A program made the translations under genes and the position numbers. A stretch of 64,000 nt of DNA, taken from positions 256,001 through 320,000 of the forward strand of contig JBFLYH010000003.1 of assembly GCA_040756875.1 (NCBI GenBank), in the 5' to 3' direction. The stretch's first letter is position 1; every line of letters starts with the position of its first letter. This document shows positions 8,482 to 17,611 of this stretch, one piece after another. The notes beneath the pieces were generated by a model. The model was not told where the DNA came from. It saw only the letters and a list, made by a program, of their open reading frames with translations, and made no database searches. Source of the stretch: a candidate division FCPU426 bacterium. GTDB taxonomy: Bacteria > Oederibacteriota > JAAXVQ01 > JAUVAV01.

Positions 8482-9237
8482 ATGCCCCTTCCCATCATCC
8501 AAGTCGAACACCTATCCAAAACCTTCCGCACCGGCGTATTCCGGCGCCGGGCCGTGCAGGCGCTCCAGGACGTATCGCTGACCGTGAACCCGGGCGAGAT
8601 CTTCGGCCTCCTGGGGCCGAACGGCGCGGGCAAGACCACGCTCATGAACATCCTGATGGGCCTGCTGGTGCCCGACCGGGGCGCGGTGCGGATCCTGGGC
8701 GAAAAGATCACGCCCCGCATGCCCTTCGGCATCAAACTGCGCATGAACATGTGCTCGGGCAACCCCAATTTCCCCTGGTGCCTGAGCGTGCGCGAGACCA
8801 TGGATTTTTACGGATTGCTGTACGGCCTGCCCTGGAAGGTGTTCGCGCCCCGGCGCGACGAGCTGCTGCAGGCGGTCGAATTGTGGGACAACCGCCACAC
8901 CCGCTATGACGAGCTGTCCACGGGCAACAAGCAGCGCCTGGCCCTGGCCAAGTCCCTGATCAACAACCCCGAGCTGGTGCTGCTGGATGAGCCCACGGTC
9001 GGGCTGGACCCGGACATTTCCGCCAAGATCCGGCACCGCATCCTCGACCTTCACAGCCGCCTGGGCAAAACCATCGTGCTCACCACCCATTATATGAAGG
9101 AAGCCGAGGAAATGTGCGACCGCATCGCCTTCATCCGCGGCGGCCGCATCATCGCCTTGGGCACCAAGGAAGAGCTCCAGGCCCTGACCAAAACCCGCGA
9201 TCTGGAGGAGGCGTTCCTTGAACTGGCTCATTCGTAG
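8482..9237 (+). CDS. ABC transporter ATP-binding protein
   Basis: Walker A GPNGAGKT, signature LSTGNKQR, Walker B LLDEPT. Confidence 0.93.
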   Translation: MPLPIIQVEHLSKTFRTGVFRRRAVQALQDVSLTVNPGEIFGLLGPNGAGKTTLMNILMGLLVPDRGAVRILGEKITPRMPFGIKLRMNMCSGNPNFPWCLSVRETMDFYGLLYGLPWKVFAPRRDELLQAVELWDNRHTRYDELSTGNKQRLALAKSLINNPELVLLDEPTVGLDPDISAKIRHRILDLHSRLGKTIVLTTHYMKEAEEMCDRIAFIRGGRIIALGTKEELQALTKTRDLEEAFLELAHS

Positions 9238-10000
9238 GATCGCGGCCTTCACCTATCGCAATTACCTTTTCGCCGTGAAGAATTTCTTCACCTTCGCAGA
9301 GATCCTGTTCTGGCCCGTGATCCAGATCATTTCCATCGGCATCATGGGCGGTTTTCTCAAACTGACGCCGGACTTGAAATACTTCCTGCTCACCGGCGCG
9401 ATCATGGGCGGCGTGCTGCAGGTGGCCCAGCTCGACGTGGCCTACGGGTTCCTGTACGACGTGTGGTCCAAGAGCGTGAAGCAAACGTTCATGGCGCCGG
9501 TCAAAACCTACGACTACGTGGCCGGCTCCTGGGCCTTCGGCATCGTGCGCGGCACCCTCTCCTTCCTGATGTTGGTGCTGATCGCACGCCTGGCCTTCGG
9601 CTTCCAGCTGCCGCCCTTGCCGGTCTTGGCCTTCACCCTGGCGGGCGTGTTCCTGAGCGCCCTGATCCTGGGCATGACCGTGCAGCTTTTCATCCTGCTC
9701 TTCGGCCAGCGCATCGACATCATCGCCTGGATCGTGGCCGTGCTCATGATGCTGGTCTGCGGCATTTACTACCCGGTCACTTACCTGCCCGCCGCGCTGC
9801 TGAAGGTCTCGGCCCTGATCCCGCTGACTTATTTCCTGGAATACTTCCGCACGGGCTACGGGTTCCCGCTCACCTTCACCCATCCCCTGCTCAAGGGGTT
9901 CGGCCTGTCCGCCGCTTACGCTTTCCTGGTGTTCGCGGCCGTGGCCGGCGCCTATCAGCGCGCGCGGCGCACGGGCATGATACTCAGGTTGTCCGAATAG
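9218..10000 (+). CDS. ABC-2 type transporter permease
   Basis: About six TM segments, GIYYPVTYLP motif, overlaps the ATPase gene. Confidence 0.85.
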   Translation: MNWLIRRIAAFTYRNYLFAVKNFFTFAEILFWPVIQIISIGIMGGFLKLTPDLKYFLLTGAIMGGVLQVAQLDVAYGFLYDVWSKSVKQTFMAPVKTYDYVAGSWAFGIVRGTLSFLMLVLIARLAFGFQLPPLPVLAFTLAGVFLSALILGMTVQLFILLFGQRIDIIAWIVAVLMMLVCGIYYPVTYLPAALLKVSALIPLTYFLEYFRTGYGFPLTFTHPLLKGFGLSAAYAFLVFAAVAGAYQRARRTGMILRLSE

Positions 10001-10009
10001 GAGGATTGC

Positions 10010-10648
10010 ATGGGGTCGTTAAGCGAGTACGTCAATATTTTCCTGACTTTGCTGGCCATCGTGGACCCGCTGGGCGCCATTCCCTTTTTCCTGACCCTGG
10101 CGCCGACCCAGTCCGCGAAGCTGCGGCGGCGGCTGGCCTGGTCCAGCACGCTGACGGTCTTCATCACCCTGGGCCTGGCGGCCCTGACCGGTGAAGAGCT
10201 GCTCACGGCCCTGGGCATCAGCATCAACTCCTTCCGCGTGGCCGGCGGCGTCCTGCTGCTGCTGATCGGCATTTCCATGCTGCTTCAGGACAAGCGCTTC
10301 ATGGGCCGCGAGCCGGGCAAAACCAGCCTCAAGCAGAGCCTGGAGGATTTCGCGGTCGTGCCCCTGGGCATCCCGCTCCTGGCCGGGCCGGGCGCCATCA
10401 GTTCCATGATCATCTTCACCCACCGCTACGAGGGCTTCGGGCACACCTCCGTGCTCCTGGTCGTGAGCCTGGCCGTAGCCCTGCTCACCGGCCTGACGCT
10501 GCTCCTGGCCCATCCCATCGGCAAGCTCCTGGGACGCAACGGTCTTAACATCACCATCCGCCTCATGGGCCTGATCCTGTCCGCGGCTGCGGTGCAGTTC
10601 ATGGCCAACGGCCTGCTGCGGCTGTTCCCCGGCCTCGCCACCCCCTGA
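10010..10648 (+). CDS. MarC family membrane protein
   Basis: IVDPLGAIP, FRVAGGVLL, VVPLGIPLLAGPGAI and RLMGLIL motifs. Confidence 0.92.
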   Translation: MGSLSEYVNIFLTLLAIVDPLGAIPFFLTLAPTQSAKLRRRLAWSSTLTVFITLGLAALTGEELLTALGISINSFRVAGGVLLLLIGISMLLQDKRFMGREPGKTSLKQSLEDFAVVPLGIPLLAGPGAISSMIIFTHRYEGFGHTSVLLVVSLAVALLTGLTLLLAHPIGKLLGRNGLNITIRLMGLILSAAAVQFMANGLLRLFPGLATP

Positions 10649-10652
10649 ACCT

Positions 10653-11381
10653 GTGCCTGACCGCACGCCGTTGTGCCGTGCTCTGTCCAAGCTGGGATTT
10701 TGCTCCCGCGCCCAGGCCGAAACCCTGATCCGCAGCCGGGGCGTGCGCGTGAACGGCTGCGTGCAGATTGACCCGCTGGCCTGGGTGGACCTGAAAACCG
10801 ACCGGTTCGAAGCCAAAACCCGCGGCGCCTGGCAGCGCCTGGAGTCCGCCCCTGCCCGCGTCTATCTCCTGCTGAACAAACCCGCCGGCTACGTGACCAC
10901 GCGTTCGGATGAACGCGGCCGCAAAACCGTTTACGACCTGCTGCCCGACCCGTGGCGCGAAGCCTGGGTGTTTCCCGTGGGCCGCCTGGACCTCGAATCC
11001 GAAGGCCTGCTGATCCTGACCAATGACGGCGCCTGGGGCCAGCAGGTGGCTGATCCCCTGGAACACGTGACTAAAACGTATATTGCGACCTTGGATCGCA
11101 AGCCCCGGGACGAGGAACTCGCACGGATGAGGGAAGGATTGCTGGTCGGGAATGAAAAATGGCGGCCAGCCCGGATCATTGCGCTGGGGCCGCGCTGTTT
11201 CGAAGTGACCCTGACCGAAGGCCGGAACCGCCAGATCCGCAGGATGTTCTGGGCCGCCCGCTGCCGCGTCAAGCGGCTGGTGCGCGTTGCCATCGGCACG
11301 ATCACGGATGCGGCGCTGGGGCCCGGCGAAGTGCGGGAATTGCAGAAAGAAGAAGTACAGCAGTTGCGAAATAATTTATAG
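10653..11381 (+). CDS. rRNA pseudouridine synthase, RsuA/RluB family, with S4 domain
   Basis: CSRAQAE S4 domain, LLNKPAGY, catalytic VGRLD, EGRNRQIRRM. Confidence 0.92.
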   Translation: MPDRTPLCRALSKLGFCSRAQAETLIRSRGVRVNGCVQIDPLAWVDLKTDRFEAKTRGAWQRLESAPARVYLLLNKPAGYVTTRSDERGRKTVYDLLPDPWREAWVFPVGRLDLESEGLLILTNDGAWGQQVADPLEHVTKTYIATLDRKPRDEELARMREGLLVGNEKWRPARIIALGPRCFEVTLTEGRNRQIRRMFWAARCRVKRLVRVAIGTITDAALGPGEVRELQKEEVQQLRNNL

Positions 11382-11404
11382 GGGCGTTCAATTGAACGCC
11401 CCTA
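11379..11404. repeat. GTAG-type REP palindrome, copy 1
   Basis: TAGGGGCGTTCAATTGAACGCCCCTA, a perfect palindrome between convergent genes. Second copy at 19356-19383. Confidence 0.8.
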
Positions 11405-11430
11405 CACAAGTCTGACAGCCATCATCTTTT

Positions 11431-12528
11431 CTACTTCCATACCCCCGGTATCTTCGTCTTGCAATACTTGCAGCGTCCTGCCCGCAGGTTCATCTCCTCC
11501 AGAAAATACCCGTTGCGCTTGATGAGCAGCTTGCCGCAGTGGTGGCAATAGGTGTGGTTGAGCGGGTGGCCGGGCACATTGCCCACGTATACATAGCGCA
11601 CGCCCGCTTTTTTCGCCAGGGCCGCGGCCGCCTCGAGCTGGGCGACCGGGGTGGGCGGCAGGTGGGTCAGTTTGTGCTGCGGGAAAAACCGCAGAAAGTG
11701 CACAGGCACGTCGGGCCCCAGGTGCTTCACCACCCAGGCGCATAGGGCGCCGATTTCCTCGTTGCTGTCGTTGAGCGTGGGAATGACCAGGTACCCCACT
11801 TCCAGCCACACGCCCTGGTCGTGATAAGTCTGCAGGGTTTCCAAAAAAGGCGCAAGCTGGGCGCCCGCGACCTGGCGGTAGGTCTTGTCCGTGAAGCCCT
11901 TCAAGTCCACGTGCGTGGCGTCCAGCACGGTGCACAGCTGCTTCAGGGGTTCGGGATTGATGTACCCGCAGGTGATGGCCGTATTGCGCAGGCCGTTTTG
12001 CTTGGCCAGCCAGGCGGTGTCGTACATGTATTCATAAAACACGGTGGGTTCGCTGTAGGTATAGGACAGGCTGGGGCATTTCCGCACTTTCGCCAATTGC
12101 ACCAGTTGTTCGGGAGAGAGGGTCTGGGCGGGTACGTCGCCGGGCTCGGCCTGGGAAATGCCCCAGTTCTGGCAAAACACGCACCGCAGATTGCACCCCA
12201 CCGTGGCCACGGAAAAAGTCGGCGTGCCGGGCAGGAAGTGGTAGAGCGGCTTTTTTTCGATGGGATCCACGTTGATCGAACAGGGCCGTGCGTAGGTCAG
12301 GGAGATCAGCTTGCCCTTTTGGTTTTTGCGGATGCGGCAGAACCCGGCCTGGCCGGGCGGAATCACGCACGTGCGCGGGCACAGCAGGCACTGGATGTCG
12401 CCGGTGAGCAGGCGCTCGTAGAACCGCGCTTCCTGCTCCTTGGCCGCCCGGCCCGGCGCGCAGGCCAGCAGCAGAACCGACAGGGACAGGAGCACATACC
12501 GGCATAAACGGGCATGAAAGGCGGTCAT
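11431..12528 (-). CDS. amrS: AmmeMemoRadiSam system radical SAM enzyme with N-terminal signal/lipobox
   Basis: CLLCPRTC...FCRIR, DPIEKKPLYHFLPG, GCNLRCVFCQNW (CxxxCxxC), YTYSEP, YVYVGNV, C-terminal CxxC pairs. Start inferred at MTAFHAR. Confidence 0.88.
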   Translation of the reverse strand: MTAFHARLCRYVLLSLSVLLLACAPGRAAKEQEARFYERLLTGDIQCLLCPRTCVIPPGQAGFCRIRKNQKGKLISLTYARPCSINVDPIEKKPLYHFLPGTPTFSVATVGCNLRCVFCQNWGISQAEPGDVPAQTLSPEQLVQLAKVRKCPSLSYTYSEPTVFYEYMYDTAWLAKQNGLRNTAITCGYINPEPLKQLCTVLDATHVDLKGFTDKTYRQVAGAQLAPFLETLQTYHDQGVWLEVGYLVIPTLNDSNEEIGALCAWVVKHLGPDVPVHFLRFFPQHKLTHLPPTPVAQLEAAAALAKKAGVRYVYVGNVPGHPLNHTYCHHCGKLLIKRNGYFLEEMNLRAGRCKYCKTKIPGVWK

Positions 12529-12607
12529 GCCCGAATTATAGCAGGAACCCCGAGCGTTTAATCGTATAATTGGGGACGACCGGCGAACGAAACCCCGGAG
12601 CCTTAAT

Positions 12608-12699
12608 GGATTGCCGCGCTCCCTACGGTCGCTCGCAATGACAACAACAAGGTCATTGCGAGGCGCCCCGAGCCTGTCGAAGGGCGGCGAAGCAATCTC
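12608..12699. repeat. Inverted pair of GATTGC...GCAATGAC REP-like elements with a nested CCCGAGCCTGTCGAAGGG unit
   Basis: GGATTGCCGCG...CTCGCAATGAC (12608-12642) and GTCATTGCGAGG...GAAGCAATCTC (12652-12699). Confidence 0.7.
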
Positions 12700-12733
12700 A
12701 TCTTGGCCGGCAACCAGGAGCAGACACGCCTTT

Positions 12734-14908
12734 ATGATCCCGGCAATCGTTTTCTTCATTTGCGGCCTGGGCGCGGTGATCAGCCAGACCGTGCTGCTGC
12801 GCGAGCTGCTGGTCGTGTTCCAGGGCAACGAGCTGACCCTGGGCGTGCTCCTGTCCCAATGGCTGCTGGGCACGGCCCTGGGCAGCTGGCTGGCCGGCCG
12901 CCGGGCCTGGCAGCGCCGCCTGCCTGCGGGTCCGGGCCTGCTGCTGCCGATCCTGGCCGCGGCCCTGTGGTTCCCGGCCGCCATCCTGATTGCGCGCCTG
13001 TGGCGCGAAGGACTGGGCGTGCTGCCCGGCCAGGGGCTCGGATTGGGCCAGGCCTGGCTGGCCGGAACCGCGCTGTTGCTGCCCCAAGCCGTACTGACCG
13101 GCCTGCAGTTTTCGGCCGGGGTGCGCTGGCTGGACACCCGGCAATCGGAAGGCAGCGGCGCCCGGGTGTACGTGTGGGAAGCGCTCGGCTATGCGCTGGG
13201 AGGAGTGGTATTCACTTTTGTTTTGGCCTCAGGCCCAGGTTCCCTGGCCACGGCCGGCTGGCTGGCCGCGGTTTCCGGTCTGGCTGCCGCGCTCGTGGCG
13301 CAACCACGCCAAGGCCGGTGGCCGGCCCTGGCCCTGGCCTTGCTGCTGGCCGCCATGACCCTGGCCTGGGCCCGGCCGCTGGAATCCTGGAGCCTGGGCC
13401 GCCAGCACCGCGGCTGGGACCTGCGCGCCGTGCAGAATTCGCCGTACAGCCGGCTGGCAGTGGCTGACCGCAAGGGTGAGCGCACGTTCCTGTTTCAAGG
13501 ACAGCCCGGCCTGACCCTGCCCTATCCTGACCTTGAGCAGGCCGAAATATTTACCGGCATTCCCTGGCTGTGCCAGCCAGCCCCGCGCCGGGTGCTGCTT
13601 TTGGGCGGCAGCGGCGCCTTCCTTCCCGAATTGCTCGAACATCCCCTGTCCGCGCTGACGTATGTGGAGCTCGACCCCTGGTTCCTCAAGTTGCTGGAGC
13701 GCTACTGGCTTCCGGAGCCGGCCACCCTGTTCCGCGATCCCAGGCTGGAAATCCGGCCTGAGGACGGCCGCCGCTTCCTGGCTGAAACGCGGGAACGATT
13801 CGATCTCATTTATGCGGCCGCGCCCTTTCCCCTGACCCTGGGCCAGAACCGCTATTTTACCCGCGAGTTTTTCGAACAGGCGCGCGCGGTCCTCGCGCCT
13901 TCCGGCTGGCTGGCCCTGGCCCTGCCCGGCTCCCTGGTGTATCTGGACCCGGACTGGGCCGAATTGCTATCGATCATCCGCGCCACCCTGCAGGACGTGT
14001 TTCCCAATGTCTGGCTCCTGCCCGGCGAAACCAACCTGCTGCTGGCCTGGCAGGGCCAGGCGTGGCCCACGCCCGACGAACTGCGGCAGCGGTTGCTGGA
14101 CTCGCCGGTTCGCTATCAATTGCTGTCGCCCGCGTACCTGGCCTACCGTCTCGATCCCGAAAAACAAGTGTGGCTGGAGGACCAGCTCAGCCGCGCCGAG
14201 GGCGACGGCCGCAGCAACGAGGATTACCGCCCTACCGCGCTCGTGGCCGGGCTCCTGCATTGGCAGGCTGTGTTCGCCCCCGGCGCCGGCCGCTTCTATC
14301 ACCGCCTGCGGCGATACCTGTGGCTGCTGTGGCCGCTCTTGCTCGGCTGGCTGCTGCTCGGCCGCGCGGAACCCCGCGCCACGGCCGCGGCTTCGGGCTG
14401 CACGGCCATGGGCCTGCAGATGCTGAGCCTCTGGAGCCTGCAAACCGCCAGCGGCGCGCTGTACGGCTGGCTGGGCCTGCTCAGCGGCCTGTTCATGGCC
14501 GGCGCCGCGCTGGGCGCGTTCGCGGGCCGCAGCGGGGCGAAACGCTTCCCCCTGGTCTCCGCACTGCTGGCTTCGGAGGCTTTGTTCGCCTTCTGGATCG
14601 CGGCCTGGTGGCTGGTCCTGCGCCTACACGGCCTGAACACTCCGGCCTGCCTGCTGTTCTCCGCGGGTTCGGGCTGGCTGCTGGGCGCGCAATTCCCGCT
14701 GCTGGCCGGGCGAGCCTCGGGCTCCGGAGCCGCCGGGATCTACGCGGCGGACGCGCTCGGCGGCTGGCTGGCTGCCGGCCTGGTGGGTTCGCTGCTGATA
14801 CCGGTCTGGGGCTGGGAACTGACGCTGCTGGCGCTGGGAGCCGTGAAGCTGGCTACGCTGAAAGGCTGGGTGCTGGCGGAGGTGGAACGGAAGCTGTCCG
14901 CCGGTTAG
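12734..14908 (+). CDS. Membrane protein with a central spermidine-synthase-like SAM-binding domain
   Basis: TM block (QTVLLRELLVVFQGNEL), then SPY, VLLLGGSG, YVELDP, EDGRRFL, NRYFTREFF; C-terminal TM block with YAADALGG. Confidence 0.82.
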   Translation: MIPAIVFFICGLGAVISQTVLLRELLVVFQGNELTLGVLLSQWLLGTALGSWLAGRRAWQRRLPAGPGLLLPILAAALWFPAAILIARLWREGLGVLPGQGLGLGQAWLAGTALLLPQAVLTGLQFSAGVRWLDTRQSEGSGARVYVWEALGYALGGVVFTFVLASGPGSLATAGWLAAVSGLAAALVAQPRQGRWPALALALLLAAMTLAWARPLESWSLGRQHRGWDLRAVQNSPYSRLAVADRKGERTFLFQGQPGLTLPYPDLEQAEIFTGIPWLCQPAPRRVLLLGGSGAFLPELLEHPLSALTYVELDPWFLKLLERYWLPEPATLFRDPRLEIRPEDGRRFLAETRERFDLIYAAAPFPLTLGQNRYFTREFFEQARAVLAPSGWLALALPGSLVYLDPDWAELLSIIRATLQDVFPNVWLLPGETNLLLAWQGQAWPTPDELRQRLLDSPVRYQLLSPAYLAYRLDPEKQVWLEDQLSRAEGDGRSNEDYRPTALVAGLLHWQAVFAPGAGRFYHRLRRYLWLLWPLLLGWLLLGRAEPRATAAASGCTAMGLQMLSLWSLQTASGALYGWLGLLSGLFMAGAALGAFAGRSGAKRFPLVSALLASEALFAFWIAAWWLVLRLHGLNTPACLLFSAGSGWLLGAQFPLLAGRASGSGAAGIYAADALGGWLAAGLVGSLLIPVWGWELTLLALGAVKLATLKGWVLAEVERKLSAG

Positions 14909-14961
14909 CAGGCTGATGAAAAAGCCCGCAGAGCGGTCTTTTTCGATTGCGTTGCGTGGAA

Positions 14962-14996
14962 TACCCCATGAAAAACCAGAGATTTTTCATGGGGTA
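14962..14996. terminator. 14-bp inverted repeat between convergent genes
   Basis: TACCCCATGAAAAA-ccagaga-TTTTTCATGGGGTA. Confidence 0.5.
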
Positions 14997-15038
14997 ACAG
15001 GGTGCGAGCGGAACATATATGGATTTTTCAGCACCCTG

Positions 15039-16307
15039 TTAACCGGCGGTTTCCAGTTCCTGTTCCTTTTTGACGAGAAACGCGTTGAGGATTTCCAAAG
15101 CGGCCCGGATGACTTTGGGGTCCAGGTGCTGTACGTCGTCGTTGTGCGTGTGATACACGTTGTTGCCTGACCCGATGTCCGGGCTGAGCGCGGCCAGGGT
15201 GGTGGCCTGCACCCCGATTTTGGCCAGTTCGGCCGCGTCCGTGGCGCCGTAGCCGTGGCGCATGGGGAACAAGCGCGAGGTGTATCCCAGGCTCTTGGTC
15301 ACTTCCTGCAGGGACTTGGCCAGTTTTTGGGACAACCGGACCGTGCCGTTGATGTCCGAAACCAGGTATTCCAGCTTCTTCAGATCGAACAGGGATTCCA
15401 AATTCACATTGTAGGTGGGGATCTCCCGCAACTGGCGCTTGTATTGGCGCGCAAAAGCCCGCGAGCCGCGCAGGCCCGCCTCCTCCGCATCAAAGCTCAC
15501 GAACAGGACGCGCGTATGGCGCGGCGCCAGGCCTTGATCCTTTTTCTCCTTAAGCAGCTCGGCCAGCTTGATGAGCAGGCAGGAGGACACCAGGTTGTCG
15601 CCCGCACCGGGCGTGGCCCGGCTGCGCAGGAAAAAGAAAAACGGCACATCCATGGCGATCACGGCCACGGCCGCCCACTGCAGCCACGCGTAGGGAAACA
15701 GCAGGCCGCCGATCAGGTCGCGGTAACCGGCCCAGGCCGCCAGGCCGGCCAGGAGCACCCAGTTGACCGTGGTGGAGAGGATGATTTGGGCAAGATAGAA
15801 TCCCGTCCCCCAATCCAGAAAAGTGAATTCATAGGCGCTGTCATGGTGCGCGCTGAACACGATCTGCTGCTTGGCTTCGCCGAGCGGTTCGAGCGTACCC
15901 GTGACATTGATGCCGGTTTTTTCCTTGAAAAGAAAATCGACGAACTCGACGTAAAAGCCGAATTCCAGGATGTTGATTAAATGCCCCAAGGCCAGCAGGG
16001 CCATGGCCGGATACACCCAGCCCGGACCGGCGAGCACGCCCGCGCAGGCCAGGATGAACAGCGCGGCATCCAGGGCGATATGGCCCAGAAAAGCCCGCGG
16101 CCGGTGCTTGAAATTATCCAACACCACGCGGTCGCAGAAGGGTTCCAGGGCTTGGCCGAGGATTTTGGCGGCTTTTTGGGAGAGGGCAGAACCAGCCGGA
16201 CGGGGGCCGCAAGTATCGATAATGCGGCCGGTCATCTGCAGGATATCCGCAACGTGCTGTTCGATGGGTTTCATGTTGGTCGCGTCCCTGGGTGGCGTTG
16301 ATTTCAT
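15039..16307 (-). CDS. M28 family metallopeptidase, membrane-associated
   Basis: SAHHDS, PGAGDN, DAEEAGLRGS, YHTHND motifs; GGAGG RBS. Confidence 0.88.
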   Translation of the reverse strand: MKSTPPRDATNMKPIEQHVADILQMTGRIIDTCGPRPAGSALSQKAAKILGQALEPFCDRVVLDNFKHRPRAFLGHIALDAALFILACAGVLAGPGWVYPAMALLALGHLINILEFGFYVEFVDFLFKEKTGINVTGTLEPLGEAKQQIVFSAHHDSAYEFTFLDWGTGFYLAQIILSTTVNWVLLAGLAAWAGYRDLIGGLLFPYAWLQWAAVAVIAMDVPFFFFLRSRATPGAGDNLVSSCLLIKLAELLKEKKDQGLAPRHTRVLFVSFDAEEAGLRGSRAFARQYKRQLREIPTYNVNLESLFDLKKLEYLVSDINGTVRLSQKLAKSLQEVTKSLGYTSRLFPMRHGYGATDAAELAKIGVQATTLAALSPDIGSGNNVYHTHNDDVQHLDPKVIRAALEILNAFLVKKEQELETAG

Positions 16308-16435
16308 TATAGCACCTCCGTATAAGCCCCCGGGATAGTTTCGGCAAAAAAACGGCTGGCCTTCACTGCAGGCCGGACGTTGACGCGCGCCTACGGGGTT
16401 TGCTACACTGGCTGCATTCTCCTGCGGAGGCTGAC

Positions 16436-16738
16436 ATGGACACTGTCGTGCAAGTTACCTGTCCCAAATGCGGAGTCGTGCTGATCGTGGACCGGGTAAC
16501 CGGCGAAGTGCTGGAGACGCGGGAACCCCTGGTGGCGGAAAGTTCGGGCGACCGTTTTCAGGATGCCATGCAAAAAGTGAAGCAGGACCGGGCCGAGGCC
16601 GAAGCCAGGTTCAAGCAGGCCCAGTCCGAGGAAAAAACCAAGTCCCAGGCCCTGGACCAGTTGTTTAAAAAATCCCTCGAGCAAGCCAAAAAAGACGACC
16701 CTGCCAAGCCGCCCAGCAAGGACATCGACTGGGAATGA
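16436..16738 (+). CDS. Hypothetical protein (N-terminal CxxC, then coiled coil)
   Basis: GGAGG RBS; VTCPKCG followed by a charged helical region. Confidence 0.7.
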   Translation: MDTVVQVTCPKCGVVLIVDRVTGEVLETREPLVAESSGDRFQDAMQKVKQDRAEAEARFKQAQSEEKTKSQALDQLFKKSLEQAKKDDPAKPPSKDIDWE

Positions 16739-16767
16739 ACTTTCCCGCCTTTCCACAGCCTGCCCGT

Positions 16768-16866
16768 GGACTACCCCTCCCTCCGCGATACAGTTCCGCA
16801 AATCCTCTCCCCGGCCGGCGGTCCCTTCGGGAGCTGAAGCCCGGCCGAAGGTCCTGCGGAGGGATT
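16768..16866. repeat. Dispersed structured repeat, copy 1
   Basis: CCTCCGC...CCGCAAATCCTCTCCC...GCGGTCCC-ttc-GGGAGCTGAAGCCCGG...GGAGGGATT; similar to 47139-47240. Confidence 0.7.
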
Positions 16867-17083
16867 TAACACCCGATCCGCCGCCAATCGCCCTTAGAAA
16901 AACAACAGAGCAACGGCCCAGGCCAGGCCGATGCAAATCAGGCAGCTCAAGAACACAAGCAGGATTTTCCTCATCATGACCGCACCTCTTTGGCTTGACG
17001 GCAACATCCGGCTCGTCTATCCTTATGCCGGCAGTTTTACAGCCCCCAAGCATCCCTGATATTTGACACCAGGAGGGTGTGCC

Positions 17084-17608
17084 GTGCGAACCAGGCCTTT
17101 TCAGCTGATTTTCCGCATGTTGTGGGCGCCGCGCGCGAGCCTGCTGGCCCTGCCTGCGGACCGGTTCTGGCTTGCCTCCTACCTGGTTTACGTGCTCTTG
17201 ATCATCGGCCGGGCGTACCGGCTTAAGGTGTACGCGCTCCAGGTTTCCCCGTCGGACGCGGTGAATCTGCTGGTCCTGGGAACGCTCGTTTTCGGGGGCG
17301 CGGCGGCCAGCCTGGCCCTATTCGGGCTGCTGGGCCAGGGGCTGGTCAGGCTCTTCAAGCGGCACCTTTCGCATGTGCAGGCCATGAACGTGCTGGGTTA
17401 TGCCCAGGCCCCGCGCCTGCTGCTGACCCTGGTGTTTATCGTGGTTTACAATCTGCTGCCCGGCGAGTGGCGCGCGTTTCTCCGTTACAGCGATTCCTGG
17501 GTCGTGCAATCCGTCCTGCTGGCAGGGTACTACGGCGTGATCGCCTATTCCTGGTTCCTCTCCGGATACGGCCTGCTGCTTTGCTCCCGGCCGCTCCCCC
17601 GGTCCTGA
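17084..17608 (+). CDS. Yip1-like membrane protein
   Basis: AGGAGG RBS before GTG; MLWAPR...NVLGYAQAPRLL, about five TM segments. Confidence 0.6.
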   Translation: MRTRPFQLIFRMLWAPRASLLALPADRFWLASYLVYVLLIIGRAYRLKVYALQVSPSDAVNLLVLGTLVFGGAAASLALFGLLGQGLVRLFKRHLSHVQAMNVLGYAQAPRLLLTLVFIVVYNLLPGEWRAFLRYSDSWVVQSVLLAGYYGVIAYSWFLSGYGLLLCSRPLPRS

Positions 17609-17611
17609 CCG

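Noticed and set aside
12529..13137. N-terminal extensions of the amrS and spermidine-synthase-like ORFs in the track
   Set aside because: They run through REP repeats and overlap the divergent gene; starts at 12528 and 12734 fit the families better.
16801..16866. Twister or HDV-like ribozyme (GGTCCC..AAGCCCGG..GGAGGG resemblance)
   Set aside because: An 11-nt insertion pairs with the CCC needed for the pseudoknot, there is no conserved UAA/P2 strand, and the HDV core is missing. Kept only as an unidentified repeat.
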